From: Methanolobus bombayensis
GTDB taxonomy: Archaea; Halobacteriota; Methanosarcinia; Methanosarcinales; Methanosarcinaceae
Length of the DNA: 40,000 bases
Assembly: GCF_017873415.1 (NCBI RefSeq)
Contig: NZ_JAGGKD010000001.1
Coordinates: 403,973 to 443,972, forward strand
Direction of reading: 5' to 3'
Below are positions 28,930 to 36,522 of this stretch, in pieces. Within the stretch, counting starts at the first letter, position 1; every line of letters starts with the position of its first letter. The position numbers and the translations under genes were made by a program. The notes below the pieces were generated by a model that did not search any database, had not been told where the DNA came from, and was given only the letters and a program-made list of their open reading frames with translations.

Positions 28930-29340
28930 CTATTTTTTAGGGAGAATACGTAAAGGTGTGAGCAACGCAACAACAAAAATTAACGTTATAAAAGAAGCAA
29001 TTAAAGCATAATACTTTAAATTTGTCTCCTCAATTAAAGGTAGCCTAAATATGATAGCAAATAAAAAAACACTTCCACTTATTGCTGTTGCTGCTACTCT
29101 CCAACAATATGACAAGAAAGGTATATATTTTTTATCAGCTCTCTCGTATGATATTTTTTCTTTTTCCTGTTTAAAAGAAGAAGCCTGACTCTCAAATACT
29201 CTTGACAATGACTGGTTATATGATATTTGTTTTTGGATAAAATCGTCAAAATTTCGCCTTTCATCAGCTTTCAATTTCATATAATCTTCAGCTTTGTAAT
29301 TAGTTGCCAACTCTACCGTTAATTGAGTCATATAATCCAC
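28930..29340 (-). CDS. Small protein with a soluble N-terminal helix region and a C-terminal 2-TM hairpin (casposon 1 cargo, paralogue)
   Basis: The 136-aa product has the same architecture as 28523-28918 and lies in tandem with it, 11 nt apart. Confidence 0.55.
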   Translation of the reverse strand: MDYMTQLTVELATNYKAEDYMKLKADERRNFDDFIQKQISYNQSLSRVFESQASSFKQEKEKISYERADKKYIPFLSYCWRVAATAISGSVFLFAIIFRLPLIEETNLKYYALIASFITLIFVVALLTPLRILPKK

Positions 29341-29460
29341 TCCTACTATTATATTATACCAAGAATTTATTATAAAAAGATGCCTATTTTGTTTTGAATG
29401 ACTAATAAAAATATAAAAGTCGGTATTACAAAGTTATGAATATCTGATTTTGTATGAACA

Positions 29461-29499
29461 TTACAAAAGCGTACACTTTTTTCGCCTTGTATATATCCC
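29461..29499. repeat. Casposon 1 right terminal inverted repeat
   Basis: ttacaaaagcgtacacttttttcgccttgtatatatccc is the reverse complement of the left TIR with one mismatch. Confidence 0.9.
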
Positions 29500-29513
29500 C
29501 GCATCATTTACCT
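29500..29513. repeat. Target-site duplication copy 2 (CGCATCATTTACCT), shared junction between the two casposons
   Basis: This copy is identical to the other two. It lies exactly between the right TIR of casposon 1 and the left TIR of casposon 2. Confidence 0.85.
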
Positions 29514-29543
29514 GGGTAATAGGTAACGCCAAAAAACCGAACT
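29514..29543. repeat. Casposon 2 left terminal inverted repeat
   Basis: GGGTAATAGGTAACGCCAAAAAACCGAACT matches the reverse complement of 38003-38032 (GGGTAATAGGTAAGCCCAAAAAACCGAACT) with two adjacent mismatches (CG/GC). Confidence 0.85.
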
Positions 29544-29669
29544 ATGTATGAATATTTCAAACAGTAGCTTTTTTCAAACTACAAAAAAAGAATCAAAAAT
29601 AATCTTTGTTTGTTAGACAATTTTTAATCCCACTAAAGATATAAAGGATAACTTATAAGTAAATCTTAC

Positions 29670-30551
29670 ATGGTTAATGACAATCCTAATATTTTTTACA
29701 AATATCGAAGTGTTAATGAAAATACAATTAAAATGCTAGAAAACCAGGAATTGTATTTTAGTGGTGCTTCAGATTTCAATGATCCTTTTGATTCAAAAGC
29801 TGACTTGATTTGGAGGGGCAATAAAGATGATTGGATGAGCTTTTTATATAGAATGGGTATTAAGAACCATGCACAACGCGAACAATCCATCAAAGAAAAC
29901 CTTAAAAATGGGTCTTTAAGAAATAGAAAAGGAGAATATTTATTAGACCCAAATAGAACTGCTTTTAAGGTACTTAAAGGGAATATTCAACTTAATAATA
30001 AACCTGATTTTCCGAGAGCTTGTTGTTTTAGCGAAGACAACGATAGTATCTTAATGTGGAGTCACTATGCAGATGAGCATAAAGGAATATGCTTATGCTT
30101 TAAATCTAAAATAATAGAGACGGGAGATTTTTTATATTTAGATTCTAATCCTGATCCCTACCTACTTTTTCCAATAACATATCAAGAAGACATGCCTGAA
30201 CAAGTAAACATGTTGAGCAGTTATGAACCTGAAGAATTGGTATCTTTTTTATGCACCAAACATTTTGATTGGAAGTATGAAAAAGAGCGTCGTTTGATAA
30301 TGTGGCCTATTGATTTCAATACTCATGGGCAATATACTAAAAAATTTAGAAAAGAAGATTTAGAAGGAATTATTTTTGGGTTGAATACCCCTACTGACCA
30401 TATAAAAATGATTAAGACGATTATAGACGAACAATACCTTAAAGAAGGTTTTAAAGTTAATTTCTATAAGGCTCAGGAATTGCAAAAAAAATATGGTATT
30501 TATATTAAGCCAATAGACGATTTAGATAAGCACATAGAAAAATACTGTTAG
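29670..30551 (+). CDS. DUF2971-family protein (casposon 2 left-arm cargo)
   Basis: The 293-aa product has IFYKYRSVNENTIKMLENQELYFSGASDFNDPFDS and CFSEDNDSILMWSHYADEHKGICLCF. Both match the DUF2971 signature as I remember it. Confidence 0.65.
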   Translation: MVNDNPNIFYKYRSVNENTIKMLENQELYFSGASDFNDPFDSKADLIWRGNKDDWMSFLYRMGIKNHAQREQSIKENLKNGSLRNRKGEYLLDPNRTAFKVLKGNIQLNNKPDFPRACCFSEDNDSILMWSHYADEHKGICLCFKSKIIETGDFLYLDSNPDPYLLFPITYQEDMPEQVNMLSSYEPEELVSFLCTKHFDWKYEKERRLIMWPIDFNTHGQYTKKFRKEDLEGIIFGLNTPTDHIKMIKTIIDEQYLKEGFKVNFYKAQELQKKYGIYIKPIDDLDKHIEKYC

Positions 30552-30559
30552 AAAACACA

Positions 30560-31762
30560 TCAATAATTGTCCCATATCTCCAATCTTTCCCTTACATGAG
30601 AGTTTAGAGTAAATGGCTTATCAGCCTCAGCATTCTTCTTCATGTAATGGAGAGTACCTTTTGAGAAACCCATTTTCTTCCAGTCAGAATATGATATGCT
30701 CAATATCTTTTGCCTAATATCATCTGAATCCTGTCTTTCAACACTATAAGCAGGCTTACTGAAATCAAGTGTTTTCCTTTTCCCAACAAGATACTGAGCA
30801 AGCTCCCTAGTTTTCAACAATAAGGCATAACTCCACATAACAGACTGCTTCTTGTATGGAACTTTTTTGTTCATCCAGTTATTGAACTCTTCAGTCACCT
30901 TCTTAGCTCCTGAAGGTTTAAGCCTAAGTGAATAGCTCTCAGTCCTGATAAAGTCTGTATTATCCATCTTCTTGGACTCAATAAGACTGATTACAGCCAT
31001 ATCAACAAGGAATCTGAAAGGCTCTTGAAGATCATAAGCTAGACTGTTCTTACTTGGATTCATCTCATGTAAAAAACCTACATGAGCATCAAGACCTGCT
31101 GTATTAATTGCTCTTAGGCATTCAGCTTCAAGCAAAGCATATCCATAATTAAGCATGACATTAACTTTGTCTCCTGCTCCTGTTGCTCTCCTGTATTGGT
31201 CTATCCTTGAACAGAAATCATATTCTTCTGGAATAGCTTTGTTAAACTCGTTCCAGTATTTCCAAGCAACTCCGCCTTCAATCCCCATTATTTCCCTAAT
31301 GTTTTTAGCAGATTTTAGTTTTTCAATATCCTCTGAGAAATCATAATCTATTGCAGGATACCTTTGCTTCAGATAATCCATAACTACAATGGATTTATCA
31401 AACTTTGCTTCAATGAACTTCCTTGCTATCTTGATTCTGCTTTCTTCATCCTCAAAAGCATGATACTGAACAAACTTAGTCTTAACATTGGTAGTTTCAG
31501 GAGGTTGTAAGGTACTTAGAATTTTACCGTTCCAATCAAGGAAAGTAACCTGAACATTGTGTTTAATCAACCATCTGACAGCATCAAGAGTCAGATTTCC
31601 ATTCCTGCCATAAACAATGATGTGGTCTATATCCATCCGCTTTGGAGAGTAAACATACTCTTCAGGTTCTTCAGTAGATGAAGTTCTGCCATTCTTGATA
31701 TGCAGTTTAGCACCACTAACACGCATATCTATTCCATGACCATTGAGAAGAAGCATTTTCAT
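30560..31762 (-). CDS. cas1: Cas1-family integrase (casposase)
   Basis: The 400-aa product is collinear with, and clearly homologous to, the gene at 21447-22649. It carries the same motifs (MGIEGG, VGFLHEMNPSKNSLAYDLQEPFRFLVD, C-terminal GFSKGTLHYMKKNA). Confidence 0.9.
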   Translation of the reverse strand: MKMLLLNGHGIDMRVSGAKLHIKNGRTSSTEEPEEYVYSPKRMDIDHIIVYGRNGNLTLDAVRWLIKHNVQVTFLDWNGKILSTLQPPETTNVKTKFVQYHAFEDEESRIKIARKFIEAKFDKSIVVMDYLKQRYPAIDYDFSEDIEKLKSAKNIREIMGIEGGVAWKYWNEFNKAIPEEYDFCSRIDQYRRATGAGDKVNVMLNYGYALLEAECLRAINTAGLDAHVGFLHEMNPSKNSLAYDLQEPFRFLVDMAVISLIESKKMDNTDFIRTESYSLRLKPSGAKKVTEEFNNWMNKKVPYKKQSVMWSYALLLKTRELAQYLVGKRKTLDFSKPAYSVERQDSDDIRQKILSISYSDWKKMGFSKGTLHYMKKNAEADKPFTLNSHVRERLEIWDNY

Positions 31763-32634
31763 TAAAATCCCTCCACATCAGCATTATTCTGAACAAAAGG
31801 ATCATCATACATTCCAAGATGAATCATGGCTCTAACTCTTACCTGAGAAATGAACTGAGCAGACTCTTCTTTTCCCTCTAGTCTTAATTTTTCCTCAAAT
31901 TCATAGAGGTCTTCCCTATGTTCCTCTATTACATGTGCTGTATAGTTAGAGTCATAATCTTCCATTTCATGAAGGTTATCTAATTCCTCTGAATCCTTTT
32001 TTAGCCAATCAATAACAGCACTATCATTGTAGTGTCCTAGTAAATAGATAAAATGAGTTCTAAGGTTCTTATGTCTATGAGGTAATGGCTTAGGATATTT
32101 AGACAATAAACCTCTAAGCATCTTAATAGCTTCTGGTTTGTTATAGGGTTCTATATTCTTTATGTCTATATAGGTATAGACTATTCTTAGGATATGGTCT
32201 ATAAGGTCTATATCCTCTGTGTCTAGTTGGGCTATAAGTATGTCTAATTGACTAGGGTTAAGAGTATATCGTTTCTTATATTTTTCAAGCTCTTTAAGAG
32301 CCATTTTTTGTATAATAGGATTATTCGAGGCTATTTTTCCTATAATCGTATCTATATGTCTCTTTATTTCCTCTGTTTTTTTAAGAGTAAAAAAGCTAGC
32401 TCTACCATCCTCTACTCTTATCCCTGCTTTTTTAAGAGCATCCCCTTTAAGTTTAATCACTATGCCCCTTTTTACCATACTGTCTAACTTTCGATTGATA
32501 CTCTTCTCACTATAACCACTATCTTTTTTGTGTCTGTTTTTTAGAGTTAGTATGAGTTGTGCTCTTCTAACATACCCTTGTTTTGATAATATGTCTTTAA
32601 CCTCTAGGTCAAAATTTAACCCTTTTTTATACAT
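31762..32634 (-). CDS. Winged-helix DNA-binding protein with a helical-repeat C-terminal domain (casposon core gene)
   Basis: The 290-aa product is a homologue of the gene at 22649-23521. Its stop overlaps the cas1 start. Confidence 0.7.
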   Translation of the reverse strand: MYKKGLNFDLEVKDILSKQGYVRRAQLILTLKNRHKKDSGYSEKSINRKLDSMVKRGIVIKLKGDALKKAGIRVEDGRASFFTLKKTEEIKRHIDTIIGKIASNNPIIQKMALKELEKYKKRYTLNPSQLDILIAQLDTEDIDLIDHILRIVYTYIDIKNIEPYNKPEAIKMLRGLLSKYPKPLPHRHKNLRTHFIYLLGHYNDSAVIDWLKKDSEELDNLHEMEDYDSNYTAHVIEEHREDLYEFEEKLRLEGKEESAQFISQVRVRAMIHLGMYDDPFVQNNADVEGF

Positions 32635-32736
32635 AATTATACCCTACTTGATATAAGAAATATATCATATTTATACCTAATCTTATACTCAGTTTCTGTA
32701 CAGGTATGATGAGTTACATAGTGTATTTTGACTAAC
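32635..32736. promoter_or_regulatory. Divergent control region of the casposon 2 core
   Basis: This is the counterpart of 23522-23627 and is nearly identical in sequence, including the TATA-like tatatcatatttatacc. Confidence 0.5.
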
Positions 32737-32877
32737 ATGACTCACAAAGAAAGACTTGTAATAAGCCTTTCTTCTTACCTTAAGGAGAAAGTGGAATCGT
32801 ACTCTGAGAAATATGGCTGTTCTCAAGCTGAAGTAGTGAGAATTGCTCTCATACGGTATCTGGAGGATGCAGCATGA
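32737..32877 (+). CDS. Ribbon-helix-helix small DNA-binding protein
   Basis: Absent from the track (46 aa). My translation is MTHKERLVISLSSYLKEKVESYSEKYGCSQAEVVRIALIRYLEDAA. Its stop overlaps the next start. Confidence 0.7.
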   Translation: MTHKERLVISLSSYLKEKVESYSEKYGCSQAEVVRIALIRYLEDAA

Positions 32878-33512
32878 GCAGACCTCAATTTTCCAGAGAA
32901 TACAGAACTTATGGGGAATGGTTCAAAGCTCAACCCAGGAACACAAAGTATGCAAAAGAGATCATCAGGAAACATAAACTATTTCCAGATAAGAGCCTGA
33001 GCCAACTAAGAAACCTTAGAATAAGTGACTATGACCTGAGCCAAACAGCATGGAAAACTCTCACATCTCAACAGAAGAGAGATAGAAACCTAGCTCTTGA
33101 GGTTTTAAGATCTATTAGAAAGGGCGAATCACTAACTCAGGCTTTGAAGAAAAGAGGACTCAGAAAGGATTTCGTACTCAAAAATCTTGGTAATCAACTT
33201 CAGAAGTCAAAAGGAAAATGGGTTGCAACTAAGACAGACAGCTTAGAAGTTGAAATGTTGGTTTATACAAAAGATGGAGTAAGAACCGTTGTAGCCACAT
33301 CTTCTAAAGACAGGAGCAGGATTGCAAAATACTTCAATGATGTACAGAAGGCATTGAAGAATAATGATTCCTCAATACTTGCCAAATACAAGAGAATGAA
33401 GCTCATTGATGCTGAAGGAAATGAACATCATTTTGAAACAGACCTTGACAAACTGTATGAGATACAGGAAACAATAGAAGAGCCTGAATTTTTGGAGATT
33501 TATCAGAACTGA
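32874..33512 (+). CDS. Conserved casposon protein of unknown function
   Basis: The 212-aa product is a homologue of the gene at 23765-24409. Confidence 0.6.
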   Translation: MSRPQFSREYRTYGEWFKAQPRNTKYAKEIIRKHKLFPDKSLSQLRNLRISDYDLSQTAWKTLTSQQKRDRNLALEVLRSIRKGESLTQALKKRGLRKDFVLKNLGNQLQKSKGKWVATKTDSLEVEMLVYTKDGVRTVVATSSKDRSRIAKYFNDVQKALKNNDSSILAKYKRMKLIDAEGNEHHFETDLDKLYEIQETIEEPEFLEIYQN

Positions 33513-33515
33513 GGA

Positions 33516-33857
33516 GTGGATACTATGAGTAAAGAAACCTATGCAAATACCGTAAAGAGAAGTAAAAAAGGAGAGATACCACACCTTGCATGTGTTGTAT
33601 GTGGGGAAGATGATCCCGATTTGATAGAGATGCATCATGTTGATGGAAGGAATAATTCAGAGTGGAAAAAACCTCTCTGTAAGAATCATCATTTCAAGGT
33701 AACAATGAAGCAAAATAAAGTAAGCCCAAAAGCAAGGTCAAAAGACACTTCTTTGCAGAACCTTAGAGCTTTTAATATAATCTCTATTGGGGCTTTAGTT
33801 GTTGAACTTGGAAACCGCTTGATAAAAGTTGGATATGAGATGGTTGAAAATGTCTGA
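33516..33857 (+). CDS. HNH endonuclease
   Basis: The 113-aa product has CVVCGE...EMHHVDG...LCKNHHFKVT. The track start is GTG 33516, and an ATG at 33525 follows a GGAG. Confidence 0.75.
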   Translation: MDTMSKETYANTVKRSKKGEIPHLACVVCGEDDPDLIEMHHVDGRNNSEWKKPLCKNHHFKVTMKQNKVSPKARSKDTSLQNLRAFNIISIGALVVELGNRLIKVGYEMVENV

Positions 33858-36510
33858 TAAGCTAGCACTTAGGGTTTATACACAGAAGGCAGGTAAGAAA
33901 AAAACCACGCCTTCTACTTTTAAAGAAGACCTCATCCTTCATCATAGAAGGGTATTAGTCTTTGATACTGAAACTACAACAGATCAATACCAAAACATGA
34001 AGATAGGTTTCTTTCAAATCTATCAGGATGGAGGAATACAGCATGAAGGGTTATTTTATGATCCTTCTATGCTTGATGAAGAGGAAACTGAGGTCTTTAA
34101 GGAATATTCTCTCAAGAATGACATTTCTCTTTACACTCTTGAAGAGTTTGTTGATGATGTATTTTATCCAGAGGTCTTGGGTTTCAAAGCTCTTTGTGTA
34201 GGATTCAATTTACCATTTGACATAAGCAGGATAGCTAAAAAGGTTGGGGATTCAAGAGGATATAATAAAGGAGGTTTTACTTTTACTCTCTCCGATAAAG
34301 AAGAGAATCCTCAAATTGTCATTAAAAAACTTGGCTCAGCATACAGTTTCAAGTTGAATGGAACAAAGGAGAATCAGGGCAAAAACAGGCATAATGGTTA
34401 TTTTATCGATGCTCAGACGCTTGCTGAGGTTTTACTTCAAAAAAAGCATATTTCCCTTGAAAAAGCCTGCAAGTTCCTCAAAACAAAAACTCAGAAAATA
34501 GAAGGCGTAGAACATGGAAAAGTAACTGACGAGTATATTGATTATCTTATCACGGATGTTCGCGCAACTTGGGAAGTATATGAGAAACTTATAGATGAAT
34601 TAAGGATTTATCAAATCAATATCCCACCTACGAAAATATACAGTAATGCTTCAGTTGGTAAATATGCATTAAAGCAGTTAGGAGTAAAACCTTTCCTTGA
34701 ATTGAATCCTGATTTCTCTCCTGTATTGCTTGGAAACATCATGTCTTCTTATTATGGAGGGAGATGCGAATGCAAGATAAGAAAAGTACCTACTAAGGTT
34801 ACAGTCCTTGATTTTACAAGCATGTATCCAACGGTTACAATGCTTCTTGATCTCTGGAAGTTCATTATTGCTGAAAGTATTGAAACAAAGGATGTAACAG
34901 AGAAAATTAAAGAGTTACTTTCAAACATAAACCTTGAGTTCTTTCAAAATAAGGATAATTGGAAGGACTTTGTTGTAATGGTTAAGTTACATCCAGATGA
35001 GGACATTTTGCCTGTAAGGAAGAATTACAAGGGAGATGGAAGTGCGTATAATGTGGGTGTCAATAATCTGACATCTGACTTTGAACTATGGTATGCTTTA
35101 CCTGATGTTATAAGCTCAGTTCTTTTAACTGGAAAAGTACCTGAGATTGTGGAAGCTGTTAAATTTATTCCAGTAGGCATTCAGGAAGGTTTGAAGGAAA
35201 CAGAGATTCTTGGAATTAAGATTAATCCTAGAAAGGAGAACTTAGTTCAGGTTCTTGTTGAGGAAAGACAAAAGATAAAACAGGAATTAGAGACTTTAAA
35301 TAAAGAGCACCCTGATTATCAGCACCTTAAGAGCAGGGCACAGGCTATTAAGATTCTAGTTAACTCAATGAGTTATGGAATCTTTATTGAACTGAATCCA
35401 GAGGATAAGAAAAGCACTATTGAAGTACATGGGTTAGATAGTTTTGAAACAACAGATAACAAGTATGAGAAAGAAGGAAAATATTTCCATCCTCTGCTTG
35501 CTTCAATGATTACGTCGGGTTCAAGATTATTCTTAGCTATGGCTGAAGCTAAAGTAAAGGAACTTGGTTCTGTTCATGCTTACATGGATACTGATAGTAT
35601 TTTTGTCATTCCAGAACATGCTCAGGAAGTTGTTGATTATTTCAACAAGCTAAATCCTTACAATCCTGAACTTGATATTCCTCTTTTAAAGAAAGAAGAC
35701 GGGAAAGAAGATGTGTGGTTCTATGGTATCTCTTCAAAGCGTTATGTTCTTTACAGGATTATTGATGGGAAGTTTGAGCTAGTAGATTACAAGTTGCATG
35801 GTCTTGGTCATTTAACAAACCCATTTTCAAATAAAGATGATTGGCAACAGGAAATATGGTTAGATATTCTTATGGTACGTTATGGAATTGTAAAACCTGA
35901 AGACATTGAGCTTAAGTATTCTACTATGTATGCAATTTCTAGGCTTACTGTCAGTACTCCTAATGTTCTGCATAGGTTTGATAAGTTAAATGAAGGAAAG
36001 GAGTGGAAAGAGATGATAAAACCTTTTAATTTCTTCCTTGTTGGCTTCCAGACAAAAGAAGAGAACAATAAAGCTGTCAAGCCTTTAGCTCCTTTTACAA
36101 AGGACTATCAGAGGATAGTCTATGAGTATTTCATAGATTATGAAACAGGAGAGAGGAAAAAAGGAGTACATTATTTTAAGCCATTGAGTAGGACAATATC
36201 TCAGTATGCAGAGCATCCAGAACATAAATTTGAAGGAGGCATAGGAGTATTGGAAAGAAAACACGTTCATGCTAAGGATACTATTGAGATAGGAAAGGAA
36301 GCTAACAGCATAGATGAGCAGTCTCTTGGAGTCAAGAAAGCACAGGAATTCAGGAATAAGGAGAAGATCATGCAGAAAATACTCAATATTTCTGTATCTG
36401 AAGCTAAGGAATTAGGAGTTCCTAAGACTACATTATGGGATATGCAGAAAAGGATAAGGGAAACAGGAAAATTGAATTTGGGTACTCCTGCTGTGAGGAA
36501 GATGATATGA
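33829..36510 (+). CDS. polB: Family B DNA polymerase (casposon PolB)
   Basis: The exonuclease motifs are ExoI FDTETT, ExoII FNLPFDISRI and ExoIII YLITDV. The polymerase motifs are A LDFTSMYPT, B KILVNSMSYG, C YMDTDSIF and KxY SSKRY. The likely true start is ATG 33850 (MSDKLALR...). Confidence 0.9.
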   Translation: MDMRWLKMSDKLALRVYTQKAGKKKTTPSTFKEDLILHHRRVLVFDTETTTDQYQNMKIGFFQIYQDGGIQHEGLFYDPSMLDEEETEVFKEYSLKNDISLYTLEEFVDDVFYPEVLGFKALCVGFNLPFDISRIAKKVGDSRGYNKGGFTFTLSDKEENPQIVIKKLGSAYSFKLNGTKENQGKNRHNGYFIDAQTLAEVLLQKKHISLEKACKFLKTKTQKIEGVEHGKVTDEYIDYLITDVRATWEVYEKLIDELRIYQINIPPTKIYSNASVGKYALKQLGVKPFLELNPDFSPVLLGNIMSSYYGGRCECKIRKVPTKVTVLDFTSMYPTVTMLLDLWKFIIAESIETKDVTEKIKELLSNINLEFFQNKDNWKDFVVMVKLHPDEDILPVRKNYKGDGSAYNVGVNNLTSDFELWYALPDVISSVLLTGKVPEIVEAVKFIPVGIQEGLKETEILGIKINPRKENLVQVLVEERQKIKQELETLNKEHPDYQHLKSRAQAIKILVNSMSYGIFIELNPEDKKSTIEVHGLDSFETTDNKYEKEGKYFHPLLASMITSGSRLFLAMAEAKVKELGSVHAYMDTDSIFVIPEHAQEVVDYFNKLNPYNPELDIPLLKKEDGKEDVWFYGISSKRYVLYRIIDGKFELVDYKLHGLGHLTNPFSNKDDWQQEIWLDILMVRYGIVKPEDIELKYSTMYAISRLTVSTPNVLHRFDKLNEGKEWKEMIKPFNFFLVGFQTKEENNKAVKPLAPFTKDYQRIVYEYFIDYETGERKKGVHYFKPLSRTISQYAEHPEHKFEGGIGVLERKHVHAKDTIEIGKEANSIDEQSLGVKKAQEFRNKEKIMQKILNISVSEAKELGVPKTTLWDMQKRIRETGKLNLGTPAVRKMI

Positions 36511-36522
36511 GTTGTTTTGTTG

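Larger units (their letters stand above)
20518..29499. mobile_element. Casposon 1 (Cas1 + PolB self-synthesizing transposon, family-2-like), 8982 bp
   Basis: The element is bounded by 39-bp TIRs (38/39 match) and flanked by identical 14-bp direct repeats. It encodes Cas1, family B polymerase, HNH, wHTH and RHH proteins plus cargo genes. Confidence 0.9.
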
